Below, piece after piece: positions 17,959 to 27,485 of a DNA stretch of 38,564 nucleotides; positions within the stretch are counted from its first letter, which is position 1; the number at the start of each line of letters is the position of its first letter. The notes under the pieces were generated by a model. That model saw nothing but the letters and a program-made list of their open reading frames with translations, was not told the DNA's origin and ran no database searches. The position numbers and the translations under genes are program-made. This DNA comes from a bacterium (lineage in GTDB: Bacteria; Eisenbacteria; RBG-16-71-46), in assembly GCA_043779265.1 (NCBI GenBank), contig JAYWEM010000106.1, forward strand, positions 1 to 38,564. The letters are read 5' to 3'.

Positions 17959-19064
17959 GCATCCTGATCGACAAGAACACGCGTCTCATCGTGCAGGGCA
18001 TCACGGGACGTGACGGCGCCTTCCACACGCAGCAGATGGTGGCCTACGGCACGAACGTGGTGGCCGGCGTCACGCCCGGCAAGGGCGGCGAGAAGGTGCA
18101 TGGCGTGCCCGTGTTCGATTCCGTGGCCGAGGCGATCGAGGCCACGAAGGCCAACGCATCGGTCATCTACGTGCCCGCACCGTTCGCAGCCGATGCCATC
18201 CACGAGGCTGCCGATGCGGGGATCTCGCTCATCGTCTGCATCACGGAGGGGCTGCCGGTCCGCGATACGCTGACCGCATTCCACAAGGTCCTCGCGCTGC
18301 GGGGCGAGTCGAATCCGCTGGGTCGTCCGCGTCTCATCGGCCCCAACTGCCCGGGACTCATCACCCCCGGCCAGGCCAAGGTCGGCATCCTGCCCGGCCA
18401 CATCGTGACGCCCGGACCGATCGGCGTCGTCAGCAAGAGCGGTACGCTGACCTACGAGGTGGTCAAGCAGCTGACCGACCGCGGGATGGGGCAGACGACC
18501 TGCATCGGCATCGGCGGCGACCCCGTGATCGGAACCGACTTCATCGACGCCCTCAGCCTGTTCGAGGCCGATCCGAAGACCGAGGCGATCGTGCTGATGG
18601 GCGAGATCGGCGGCAACGCCGAGGAACTGGCCGCCCAATTCATCAAGCGGCATGTGAAGAAGCCGGTTGTGGCGTTCGTGGCGGGGCAGACCGCTCCTGC
18701 CGGCAAGCGCATGGGGCACGCCGGTGCGATCATCTCGGGTGGCACCGGGACGGCTGCCGAGAAGATGGCGGCGTTCGAGGCGGCTGGTGTTCCGGTCGCG
18801 CGCATCCCCTCGGAGATCCCAGGACTCATCGCCGAGCTGCTGCAGCGCCGCCGCGTCCGTCGCAAGGCGACTGCGGCCGCACCCAAGCGCAAGGCCGTGG
18901 CATCGAAGGCCAAGCCGGCTCCGGCGAAGAAGAAGGCTCCTGCCAGGAAGGTCGCCCGCAAGTCGGTCGCGGCCAGCAGGCAGGTGAAGGCGGGCAAGGC
19001 GAGTCGCACGCGCCCGGTGAGCCGCAAAGTGACGAAGAAGGCGGCGAAGAAGCGCCGCTCGTAG
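17955..19064 (+). CDS. sucD: Succinyl-CoA synthetase alpha subunit with a 73-aa Lys/Arg/Ala-rich C-terminal tail
   Basis: GTGA overlap with suc[42 protein letters not shown] (phospho-His). Confidence 0.97.
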   Translation: MSILIDKNTRLIVQGITGRDGAFHTQQMVAYGTNVVAGVTPGKGGEKVHGVPVFDSVAEAIEATKANASVIYVPAPFAADAIHEAADAGISLIVCITEGLPVRDTLTAFHKVLALRGESNPLGRPRLIGPNCPGLITPGQAKVGILPGHIVTPGPIGVVSKSGTLTYEVVKQLTDRGMGQTTCIGIGGDPVIGTDFIDALSLFEADPKTEAIVLMGEIGGNAEELAAQFIKRHVKKPVVAFVAGQTAPAGKRMGHAGAIISGGTGTAAEKMAAFEAAGVPVARIPSEIPGLIAELLQRRRVRRKATAAAPKRKAVASKAKPAPAKKKAPARKVARKSVAASRQVKAGKASRTRPVSRKVTKKAAKKRRS

Positions 19065-19158
19065 AAGCCTCGCGCGACCGGTCGGCCGACCCCTCGGCCC
19101 GGGCGCGCGAACACAGCAGCCGCGTCGGGCCATGTCCCGCGCAGAAGGAGGAAACACC

Positions 19159-19581
19159 GTGGCAGTCGAGCGCACGCTGTTCATCGTCAAGCCGGACGCC
19201 GCCGAGCGGAACCTGGTGGGCAAGATCCTCGCGCACGTCGAGGATAAGGGTTTCCAGATCACCGAGGCCCGCTACGCGCGGCTGACGCGTGAGCAGTGCC
19301 AGGAGTTCTACTCCGAACATGCCGGTCGGCCGTTCTTCAACGATCTGGTGGACTTCATGACCTCGAACCCGGTCATGCTGTGCTGTCTGCAGCGTGAGGC
19401 GGCTGTCGCCACCCTGCGCGAAGTCATCGGGGCCACCGATCCGGCTCAGGCGGCCGAGGGCACGATTCGCAAGATATACGCTAAGTCCAAGGGCGCCAAC
19501 TCCGTACACGCTTCCGACAGCGTTGCTTCGGCCGAGCGCGAGGTGAAGCTGTTCTTCGGAGTCGCTGCTCTCAGCCATTGA
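19159..19581 (+). CDS. ndk: Nucleoside diphosphate kinase
   Basis: AGGAGG RBS before GTG 19159. ERTLFIVKPDA, RPFF, GATDP, GTIR, NSVHASDS. Confidence 0.97.
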   Translation: MAVERTLFIVKPDAAERNLVGKILAHVEDKGFQITEARYARLTREQCQEFYSEHAGRPFFNDLVDFMTSNPVMLCCLQREAAVATLREVIGATDPAQAAEGTIRKIYAKSKGANSVHASDSVASAEREVKLFFGVAALSH

Positions 19582-19645
19582 TGACCGCTCGGATCCCGGG
19601 AGGGCGGGGGCCATCCTCGACCCGACGGGGACCGGTCTCGGCATC

Positions 19646-19675
19646 TGGACTCAAGTTCTCAGCCTGTGCTAGCTT
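19646..19675 (+). promoter_or_regulatory. Candidate extended -10 sigma70 promoter for the yceD-rpmF-plsX-fab operon
   Basis: TGGACT-N18-TAGCTT with TG immediately upstream of the -10; same -10 hexamer as the sucC candidate. Confidence 0.35.
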
Positions 19676-19720
19676 GCGGCGGTTCCGCGGGTCGGCTCCA
19701 GGCCGACTCGTGGTGTATTG

Positions 19721-20230
19721 ATGAACGAATTCATCCTCGATGTGACCACCATCCGACCCAATCTCGATCGGGTGGAGTCTGAGGCGCCTGCCCGTGAGAT
19801 CGGCTTGCCCGATGCGGATTGGCCCGGCATCGTCCGTGGCTCATTCCGAGTCGATCGATCCGGTGACACGGTTTCGGTGCGCGGGAAAGTGGTTTCGGAG
19901 GCACAATTCGATTGCGTGCGCTGCCTGCGCCCGTTCCGTCTCGAGTTGAGCAGCGAGATCTCGTTTCTCGCTGAACGTTCAGGGAAGTCAGCGCGTGACG
20001 AGCAGCGAGAGCTCGAGCGCGATTCCATCATGTTGTTCCATGACGGGCGGCGGTTGGACCTGCGCGATTCCGTGCGGGAGGCGCTGCTGCTCGAGTTACC
20101 CATCTCTCCACATTGTCGGGAGGATTGCCGGGGGTTGTGCCCGAAGTGCGGTTTGGACCGCAACGAGGGCCCTTGCGCCTGCGAGTCCGCGGAAGCCCGC
20201 GGCCCCGAAGGCGCCCCGGAGATCCAGTAG
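19721..20230 (+). CDS. yceD: YceD/DUF177 family protein
   Basis: CVRCL...LDL...REALLLELP...CREDCRGLCPKCG; canonical position before rpmF. Confidence 0.9.
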   Translation: MNEFILDVTTIRPNLDRVESEAPAREIGLPDADWPGIVRGSFRVDRSGDTVSVRGKVVSEAQFDCVRCLRPFRLELSSEISFLAERSGKSARDEQRELERDSIMLFHDGRRLDLRDSVREALLLELPISPHCREDCRGLCPKCGLDRNEGPCACESAEARGPEGAPEIQ

Positions 20231-20248
20231 CCCAGGAGGTCAGTCGTC

Positions 20249-20431
20249 ATGGCAGTTCCGAAGCGGAGGCACACGTCGACGCGCGGCAAGAAGCGCCGCA
20301 CGCACTGGAAGCTGCAGAAGCCCGGTCTCAACAATTGCGGGCACTGCGGAGCCCCTCGCCAGCCGCACCGTATCTGCCCGTCCTGCGGTTACTACGGGAA
20401 TGAGGAGATCGTCGCGCCGCGCGAGGAGTAG
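20249..20431 (+). CDS. rpmF: 50S ribosomal protein L32 (Zn-ribbon, C+ form)
   Basis: AGGAGG RBS; MAVPKRR...KRRTHWK, CGHCG...PHRICPSCGYY. Confidence 0.97.
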   Translation: MAVPKRRHTSTRGKKRRTHWKLQKPGLNNCGHCGAPRQPHRICPSCGYYGNEEIVAPREE

Positions 20432-20449
20432 CGGCCGGCCGACCAACCC

Positions 20450-21472
20450 ATGCCCTCTGTCCCGCGCATCGGGATTGATGCGATGGGAGGCGACTTCGGT
20501 CCACTGCCTGTGGCCGAAGGCGCGCGACTCGCGTTCCGCGAGTGGCGCGACCGCTTCCACCTGACCCTGGTCGGCGATGAAGCCGAGATCCGCCAGGCGC
20601 TCACGCGTGCCCACGCAGATGACCTGGGCATCGAGGTCGTGCATGCCGCGGGCAAAGTCGCGATGGGCGAGAAGGCCACCTCGGTGGCGCGTCGCCGCGA
20701 CACGTCCCTCGGCGTGCTGACGCAGCTCCACAAGGAGCAGAAGCTGGACGCCATCTTCAGCGCCGGCAATACGGGCGCTGTGGTCGCGACCGCGCTGCTC
20801 GGGCTGGGGCGCCTCGAGGGCGTCTCTCGCCCCGCGCTCGCGGCGCTCTTCCCGAATCCCGGCAATGGCACGATCGTGCTCGACGTCGGTGCGAACTCGG
20901 ATGTGAAGGCTCCTTACCTCGTGCAGTTCGCGCACATGGGTGCGTGCTACGCGCGCTATCTGCTCGGGTGCGAGAATCCGCGAGTCGGGCTGTTGTCGAT
21001 CGGCGAGGAGGAGAGCAAGGGCAACGCGCTCGTCCAGGAGGCGCAGCCGCTCCTCAAGCAGGCGCGCCACCTCGACTTCGTGGGCAACGCCGAAGGTCGC
21101 GACATCTTCAAGGGCGGCTTCGATGTGATCGTGACCGACGGCTTCACCGGCAATGTCGTGCTCAAGACCGCCGAGGGCGTCGCCACGTTCCTCGGTCGCG
21201 CCGTGAAGGACCAGGTGAAGCGCGATCCGCTCGCCCTGTTCGGCGCCCTGTTCCTGCGTCCGGCGCTGGGTCGGCTGCGCGCCAAGATCGATTGGGAGGA
21301 GTACGGTGCAGCACCCCTGCTGGGCGTCAATGGGGTGTGCTTCATCGGCCATGGCTCGAGTGGTCCGCGGGCCTTCCGGAGCGCGATCGGCACCCTGTGC
21401 ACGTTCGTCGAGAAGAAGGTCAACCAGCACATCCGTGAGGAGATCCAAGCGGACCATGTCACCGCAGCCTGA
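20450..21472 (+). CDS. plsX: Phosphate acyltransferase PlsX
   Basis: IGIDAMGGDFGP, SAGNTGA, RPAL, LDVGAN, IGEEESKG, VTDGFTGN, GAAPLLG, GHGSS. Confidence 0.97.
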   Translation: MPSVPRIGIDAMGGDFGPLPVAEGARLAFREWRDRFHLTLVGDEAEIRQALTRAHADDLGIEVVHAAGKVAMGEKATSVARRRDTSLGVLTQLHKEQKLDAIFSAGNTGAVVATALLGLGRLEGVSRPALAALFPNPGNGTIVLDVGANSDVKAPYLVQFAHMGACYARYLLGCENPRVGLLSIGEEESKGNALVQEAQPLLKQARHLDFVGNAEGRDIFKGGFDVIVTDGFTGNVVLKTAEGVATFLGRAVKDQVKRDPLALFGALFLRPALGRLRAKIDWEEYGAAPLLGVNGVCFIGHGSSGPRAFRSAIGTLCTFVEKKVNQHIREEIQADHVTAA

Positions 21473-22523
21473 CGTCATCCGAGGGGTCACCATCGCCGGC
21501 ACCGGTCGCTATGTTCCGGAGCGGGTGCTGACGAACCATGATCTCGCCCAGCTGGTCGAGACGTCCGACGAGTGGATCGTCGAGCGCACCGGTATCCGGC
21601 AGCGCCACATCGCCGCGCCCGACCAGGCCAGTTCCGACCTCGCTCTGATCGCCTGCCAGCGTGCCCTCGACATGGCGGGCCTCGAGCCCACGCAGGTCGA
21701 TCAGATCATCCTGGCCACGACGACGCCCGATCGCATCCTGCCGTCGTGCGCCTGCACGCTGCAGCAGAAGTTGGGCGCAAAACGGGCTGCCGCCTACGAC
21801 ATGTTCGCCGCGTGCACCGGGTTCGTCTTCGGACTGGGGCAGGCGCGTGGACTGATCGGCGCCGGCGTCGCGGACACGGTGCTCGTCATCGGCGTCGAGA
21901 CGCTGTCGCGCATCGTCGACTACACCGACCGCAACATCTGCGTCCTGTTCGGCGACGGCGCCGGAGCAGCGGTGCTTCGAGCAGCACCGCCCGGCGAGGG
22001 ACTGCATGCGATCGACATGCACAGTGACGGAGAACTGGGCGAAGTGCTCGAGGTGCCCTCGGGCATCTCACGCAACCCGGCGACGTCCGAGACGGTGGCC
22101 GGTCGCGAGCACTTCATCCGCATGCAGGGCAAGAAGCTCTTCCCGTTCGCGGTGCGCAGCATGGTCGAGTCACTCGGCATCTGCCTCGAGCGCAGCGGGT
22201 GGGGCGCGGACGATCTCGATCTGTTCATCCCGCACCAGGCGAACCTCCGCATCATCGATGGCGTGCGCGAGCGCTTGTCGCTCGACCCGTCCAAGTGCGT
22301 GGTGAACATCGAGCGTTATGGCAACACGTCCTCGGCCTCGATCCCCATCGCGCTCGACGAAGTGGTTCGTGCTGGGCGGTTGCGCAAGGGGCAGAAGCTC
22401 GGTCTCGCCGCTTTCGGAGGCGGCGCCACCTGGGGCGCCGCCACCATGACGTGGACCCTTCCGCTCGAAGTGAGCACGCGAGTCGCCGAACCCGCCACCG
22501 CGGTTCGCGAGGTGAGCGCGTGA
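21456..22523 (+). CDS. fabH: Beta-ketoacyl-ACP synthase III
   Basis: TSDEWIVERTGI, AACTGF (catalytic Cys), LFGDGAGA, PHQAN, YGNTSSAS, FGGG.TW. Confidence 0.97.
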   Translation: MSPQPDVIRGVTIAGTGRYVPERVLTNHDLAQLVETSDEWIVERTGIRQRHIAAPDQASSDLALIACQRALDMAGLEPTQVDQIILATTTPDRILPSCACTLQQKLGAKRAAAYDMFAACTGFVFGLGQARGLIGAGVADTVLVIGVETLSRIVDYTDRNICVLFGDGAGAAVLRAAPPGEGLHAIDMHSDGELGEVLEVPSGISRNPATSETVAGREHFIRMQGKKLFPFAVRSMVESLGICLERSGWGADDLDLFIPHQANLRIIDGVRERLSLDPSKCVVNIERYGNTSSASIPIALDEVVRAGRLRKGQKLGLAAFGGGATWGAATMTWTLPLEVSTRVAEPATAVREVSA

Positions 22524-23470
22524 GACTCGCCTTCCTCTTCCCCGGGCAGGGCGCCCAGCAGGTGGGCATGGGGCAGTCGCTGGCCGAGGCATCCCCGATC
22601 GCCCGTGAGGCGTTCGAGACCGCCGACCGCGTGCTCGGCACGCCGCTCTCTCGCGTGTGTTGGGAAGGGCCTGCCGAGGACCTCAAGAAGTCGGTGAACA
22701 CGCAGCCCGCGCTGCTCACTCACAGCATCGCCGCGTTCCGACTCGTCGAGGCTGCGGGGATCACGCCGTCGTTCGTCGCGGGCCACAGTCTCGGCGAGTA
22801 CTCCGCGTGTGTGGCCGCAGGTGCCATGAGCTTCGAGGACGCGTTGCTGGTGACCCGGCGGCGAGGCGAACTCATGTTCCAGGCGGGCCTCGATCGCCCG
22901 GGTGCGATGGCCGCGATCCTCGGTCTCTCGGCGTTCGACGTCGAGGCGGCCTGTGCCGAGGCAGCGGATACGGGCATCGTCCGCGCCGCCAACTTGAACG
23001 CCCCGGGGCAGGTCGTGATCTCGGGTGAGCCCGCGGCGGTCGAACGCGCCAGCGAACTCGCCAAGGCCAAGGGGGCCAAGCGGGCCATCCGCCTCGAGGT
23101 GAGTGGCGCGTTCCACTCACCGCTGATGGCGCCCGCGTCCGAAGGCCTGCGCGAGGCACTCGCCGGTGTCCGGATGCAGGATGCGCGTTGTCCGATCATC
23201 TCGAATGCGTGGGCCAAGCCGGTCCAGAAGGCCGAGGAGGTGCGCTCGGCGCTCGAGGCGCAGTTGCTCTCATCGGTGCGTTGGGAGGAGAGCATGCGCT
23301 GGCTGCTCGGCCAGAGCCCCGAGGGATTCGTCGAACTCGGCACCGGCAAGGTGCTGCGAGGGCTCCTGCGGACCATCGACAAGGATGCGCCGAGTTGGAA
23401 CGTCGAGGATCCCGAGAGTCTCGGAGTGACGCTCGCCGCACTGGCACCGACCGTCGGGAGGAACGCATGA
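22520..23470 (+). CDS. fabD: Malonyl-CoA:ACP transacylase
   Basis: GTGA overlap. AFLFPGQGAQ, TQPAL, GHSLGEY, VSGAFHS. Confidence 0.97.
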   Translation: MRLAFLFPGQGAQQVGMGQSLAEASPIAREAFETADRVLGTPLSRVCWEGPAEDLKKSVNTQPALLTHSIAAFRLVEAAGITPSFVAGHSLGEYSACVAAGAMSFEDALLVTRRRGELMFQAGLDRPGAMAAILGLSAFDVEAACAEAADTGIVRAANLNAPGQVVISGEPAAVERASELAKAKGAKRAIRLEVSGAFHSPLMAPASEGLREALAGVRMQDARCPIISNAWAKPVQKAEEVRSALEAQLLSSVRWEESMRWLLGQSPEGFVELGTGKVLRGLLRTIDKDAPSWNVEDPESLGVTLAALAPTVGRNA

Positions 23471-24249
23471 CCGAGGTCCGCACGCAGATCGCATCCTCGC
23501 TCGATCGCGAACTCGCCGGACAGGTCGCCTTCGTCACGGGCGGCGCCACGGGAATCGGACTCGCGATCTCGCGAGTGCTGGCCTCCCGAGGCGCCAACGT
23601 CGCCATCTTCAATCGCAATCAGGAGCGCGCTGAGCAGGCGGTGCAGTCGATCCGCGACAATGGTGGGACCGCGCAGGCGTTCGCGGCCGACATCGCGCAG
23701 ACGACATCCGTCGATGCCGCCTTCGAAGCCGCGATCTCGGCGCTCGGCCGCGTCGACATCCTCATCAACAACGCCGGGCTGACACGCGACGGGCTGTTCA
23801 TGCGCATGACCGACGCGCAGTGGCAGGAAGTGCTCGACACCAACCTGACGGGCGCCTTCCGCTGCACCCGCTCCGTGGCGCGAACCATGCTCAAAGCGCG
23901 CTCGGGACGTATCGTCAATCTGTCCTCGGTCGTCGGATTGATGGGGAACGCCGGGCAGGCCAACTACGCGGCCTCCAAGGCCGGATTGATCGGTCTCACC
24001 AAGTCGCTGGCGCGTGAGTTCGCGTCGCGCTCGGTGACCGTGAACGCCGTGTGCCCCGGATTCATCGAAACGGAAATGACCGCGCAGCTGCCTGAGGCGG
24101 CGCGGAAGGAGTTGCTCGCGAAGATCCCGCTCAGTCGGCTGGGTGGCCCGGACGAAGTCGCCGAGGTGGTCGCGTTCCTCGCGTCCCCACGTGCGGCCTA
24201 CGTCACCGGTCAGACCTGGACCGTCGACGGCGGGATGGTGATGGAGTAA
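23467..24249 (+). CDS. fabG: 3-oxoacyl-ACP reductase
   Basis: ATGA overlap. TGGATGIG, NNAGLTRD, GNAGQANYAASK, PGFIETEM. Confidence 0.97.
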   Translation: MTEVRTQIASSLDRELAGQVAFVTGGATGIGLAISRVLASRGANVAIFNRNQERAEQAVQSIRDNGGTAQAFAADIAQTTSVDAAFEAAISALGRVDILINNAGLTRDGLFMRMTDAQWQEVLDTNLTGAFRCTRSVARTMLKARSGRIVNLSSVVGLMGNAGQANYAASKAGLIGLTKSLAREFASRSVTVNAVCPGFIETEMTAQLPEAARKELLAKIPLSRLGGPDEVAEVVAFLASPRAAYVTGQTWTVDGGMVME

Positions 24250-24306
24250 GTCCCTGCGTGCCGGGGCCCGCGCGGCTGCCGGTGCGGACAAGGAGGTGAA
24301 CGGAAC

Positions 24307-24549
24307 ATGGGTGCCTACAACGAAGAACGTTTCAAGGAGATCATCGCCAAGGAGCTCGAGGTTGACGTGAAGCAGGTCAACCCCGATGCCAAGTTCATGG
24401 AGGACCTCGGTGCGGACTCGCTCGATGTGGTCGAGCTGGTCATGGCCCTCGAGGAGGAGTTCGGTGTGGACATTCCCGACGAGGATGCGGACAAGCTGAA
24501 GACCGTCGGCGATGCCATGAAGTACCTGCAGGAGCACGCGAGCGCCTGA
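24307..24549 (+). CDS. acpP: Acyl carrier protein
   Basis: [33 protein letters not shown]. Confidence 0.98.
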   Translation: MGAYNEERFKEIIAKELEVDVKQVNPDAKFMEDLGADSLDVVELVMALEEEFGVDIPDEDADKLKTVGDAMKYLQEHASA

Positions 24550-24578
24550 GCGCGCGGACTCCGACGGCGCAGCGTCCT

Positions 24579-24617
24579 CCGCGCCGTCCGGCCCGACCGA
24601 GGGACCGGACGGCGCGG
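24579..24617 (+). other. Strong intergenic stem-loop between acpP and fabF (no U-tract)
   Basis: CCGCGCCGTCCGG-CCC-GACCGA-GGG-A-CCGGACGGCGCGG: 13-bp plus 3-bp stem. Confidence 0.6.
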
Positions 24618-24661
24618 TGCGGCCGCGCGCCGGCACTGAAGATCACGGAGATGACCGTCGA

Positions 24662-25909
24662 ATGAGTGAGACTCGAGAGCGGGTGTTCATCACGGGCGCG
24701 GGCGTTCTATCGCCGGTGGGGAACAACCTGGAAGACAGTTGGAAGAACCTGGTCGCGGGAGTCTCCGGGGCCGGGCCGATCACGCGTTTCGATGCGAGCG
24801 AGTACGACACCCGCTTCGCCTGCGAGGTGAAGGACTTCTCGTTCGAAGGCGTGCTCGAACGCAAGGAGGCGAAGCGGATGGATCGCTTCGTCCAGTTCGC
24901 CGTCGTCGCCAGCCACGAGGCTGTGAAGCACTCCGGCATCGACCTGGCCGCGACCGACCTCGACCGTTTCGGTGTGATCATCGGGTCGGGCATCGGCGGA
25001 ATGGAGACGTTCGAGGAGCAGCATCGCAACCTCCTCGAGAAGGGGCATCGACGCGTCAGCCCGTTCTTCATCCCGATGATGATCTCCGACATGGCGGCGG
25101 GACAGGTGTCGATCAGTTTCGGCCTGCGCGGCCCGAACTTCGCCACCGTTTCGGCCTGCGCCTCCGGCGCACATGCGATCGGCGAGGCGCTGCGACTCCT
25201 GCGCGCCGGCGATGCCGACGTGTTCCTTGCGGGCGGTGCCGAGGCCACGATCACGCCGATGGCCGTCTCGGGCTTCGGCAACATGCGCGCCCTCTCGACG
25301 CGCAACGATGACCCGCTTCGCGCCAGTCGGCCTTTCGATCGCACGCGCGACGGCTTCGTTGTCGGTGAGGGCGCCGGCATCGTCGTGCTGGAGACCGAGT
25401 CGCACGCCCGTCGCCGCGGAGCGACGCTGATCGCCGAACTCGTCGGCTACGGCGCGTCCGGAGACGCGTTCCACATGACGTCGCCCTGTGCCGACGGCGA
25501 TGGTGCCGCGCGTGCCATGCGGCGAGCGCTGCAGGACGGTGGGTTGGCCCCGGAGCAGATCGGCTACATCAACTCCCATGGCACCTCGACCCCGACCGGC
25601 GATCCCATCGAGGTCACGGCCGTGAAGACGGTGTTCGGCGAGCATGCGAAGCGCTTGATGATGGGCTCGACCAAGTCGATGACCGGGCATCTGCTCGGGG
25701 CTGCCGGCGGGCTCGAGGCCATCATCACGGCACTCACGCTGGAACGCGGCGTCGTTCCGCCCACGGTCCATCTGGACGAGCCGGATCCCGCCTGTGACCT
25801 CGACTTCATCCCGGGCGAGGCGCGGTCGGTGCGACTGGAGGCGGCCCTGTCGAACTCATTCGGATTCGGCGGTCACAACGTGACGCTCGCCCTGAAGGCG
25901 GTCCGATGA
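24662..25909 (+). CDS. fabF: Beta-ketoacyl-ACP synthase II
   Basis: RVFITG.G, MDRFVQF, SACASG (Cys), HGTST, KSMTGHLLGA, SNSFGFGGHN. Confidence 0.97.
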   Translation: MSETRERVFITGAGVLSPVGNNLEDSWKNLVAGVSGAGPITRFDASEYDTRFACEVKDFSFEGVLERKEAKRMDRFVQFAVVASHEAVKHSGIDLAATDLDRFGVIIGSGIGGMETFEEQHRNLLEKGHRRVSPFFIPMMISDMAAGQVSISFGLRGPNFATVSACASGAHAIGEALRLLRAGDADVFLAGGAEATITPMAVSGFGNMRALSTRNDDPLRASRPFDRTRDGFVVGEGAGIVVLETESHARRRGATLIAELVGYGASGDAFHMTSPCADGDGAARAMRRALQDGGLAPEQIGYINSHGTSTPTGDPIEVTAVKTVFGEHAKRLMMGSTKSMTGHLLGAAGGLEAIITALTLERGVVPPTVHLDEPDPACDLDFIPGEARSVRLEAALSNSFGFGGHNVTLALKAVR

Positions 25910-27441
25910 GCACACGCGCTCGCCGTCGCGGCGGGCGTGGACGCCGACGCACTCCGCATGCTGCGCCCCCGCCCCGCCCCACCTTCTGGCAGAAGGTGCT
26001 CGCGTTCTTCGGCGCGAAGCGCAAGTCGAGCGCCGGGCGGCTGAAGCGGGGCCCCGATGCGGCTGATGTCCAGGAGAGTCGCGTGTTCCGGGAGTTCTCG
26101 AATCAGTTCGGGATCCCGTTCAAGGATATCGCGCTGTTGAAGCTCGCCCTGACCCATCGCTCCTACCTGAGTGTCACCGGTCAGAGCGCGCGCGAGTCGA
26201 ACGAGCGCCTCGAGTTCCTCGGTGACTCCGTGCTGGGCCTGGTCACGAGCGAGTTCCTGTACCGGCGGCACCCGGACGAGCATGAAGGGCACCTGACCAA
26301 GGTGAAGTCCCTGCTCGTCTCCAAGGCGATCCTGTCGCGCCGCGCGCTCAAGATGGGGTTGGGGCGCTACGTCCTGATGAGTCGCAGCGAGGTCGAATCG
26401 GGCGGGCGTCAGAGGCTCAGCATCATCGCCGACGCGTTCGAATCCGTCCTCGGCGCGATCTACCTGGACCAGGGTTTCGAGGTCGCTCGCCGATTCATCC
26501 ACGAGCATCTGCTCACGGATGCGGATGACATCGTCGCGGACAAACGACACACGAACTACAAGAGCCACCTTCAGGAGTATGTGCAGAGCACGTACCGCAC
26601 GCATCCCGTCTATCGCATCCGGAGCGAGTACGGCCCGGACCACTCCAAGTACTTCATGGTCGAGGTCATGGTCGGCCGCCGCATGCTGGGCGAGGGCCGT
26701 GGCCACAACAAGAAGGAAGCCGAACAGGCCGCGGCGCGCGACGCCATCGAGCGCGTGACCGAGCTCCGCCGCGGAGCCAGCGAAGGACGCCGGGACGAGC
26801 ACGACCCTGTCGAGGAGCGCGAGCCCGAGGATCTCGACGACTCACCACCGTCTCCTTCTGAGGAGGACGAGCATGAGTCGGGTGATGACTCGCGAGGCAG
26901 CCGGCGCAGACGTGGCGGCCGTGGTCGCTCGCGGCGCGAACGCGGCTCGGAGCGTCATGGAAGTGGCGCTGGACGCGGTGACGAGGAGGCTGAGTGCGAG
27001 CTCGAACTGGCCGAGGAGGCGGAGGCTCGCGGCGAAGTCCCCGTCGAGCCTTCGGCTCGCGAGGACGATGAGCACGAGCCGGTGGCTCGGCCTGACGACC
27101 CGGACGCCGAACTGGATGAGCCGGTCGAGGGGTTCGTGGCGCGGCGGAGGCCCGAGGCCGAGGAGCCTGCGATCATGGCGTTGCCCGCTCGATCGTTCGG
27201 GCGCGGTCGTCGCGCCGGGCGAACCGCGGCCCCGACTCAGGCCCCCGAGCCCTCGGCGGCCGAGGAGGAGCGCCACGTCGACCCCTTCGCCCTTGCCGAG
27301 GTCGCAGCGGAAGCAGCCAGCGAACCCGCCGAGCCTGCCGAGAGAGATGCTGACAAGGAGGCGCTCATCGATGAGATGGAGCGCGCCATGGAGAACTTCG
27401 GCAGGCGCTCGAGTTCGACGCGGAGACGACGCAGCCGCTGA
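25906..27441 (+). CDS. rnc: Ribonuclease III with an N-terminal Arg-rich/amphipathic extension and a ~225-aa charged low-complexity C-terminal tail
   Basis: ATGA overlap with fabF. ALTHRS, NERLEFLGDSVL, ADAFESVLGAIYLDQG; dsRBD NYKSHLQE...KKEAEQAAA. Confidence 0.93.
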   Translation: MSTRARRRGGRGRRRTPHAAPPPRPTFWQKVLAFFGAKRKSSAGRLKRGPDAADVQESRVFREFSNQFGIPFKDIALLKLALTHRSYLSVTGQSARESNERLEFLGDSVLGLVTSEFLYRRHPDEHEGHLTKVKSLLVSKAILSRRALKMGLGRYVLMSRSEVESGGRQRLSIIADAFESVLGAIYLDQGFEVARRFIHEHLLTDADDIVADKRHTNYKSHLQEYVQSTYRTHPVYRIRSEYGPDHSKYFMVEVMVGRRMLGEGRGHNKKEAEQAAARDAIERVTELRRGASEGRRDEHDPVEEREPEDLDDSPPSPSEEDEHESGDDSRGSRRRRGGRGRSRRERGSERHGSGAGRGDEEAECELELAEEAEARGEVPVEPSAREDDEHEPVARPDDPDAELDEPVEGFVARRRPEAEEPAIMALPARSFGRGRRAGRTAAPTQAPEPSAAEEERHVDPFALAEVAAEAASEPAEPAERDADKEALIDEMERAMENFGRRSSSTRRRRSR

Positions 27442-27485
27442 GCGGCTCTCCGAGCGAGTCCGCCTCGGAGCAGGCGTCTCGGCAT

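Noticed and set aside
22720..24636. 638-aa minus-strand ORF opposite fabD-fabG-acpP (similar ORFs at 17940-19262, 20240-21502 and 24707-25771)
   Set aside because: Stop-poor antisense frames expected in high-GC DNA; the + strand genes are unambiguous.
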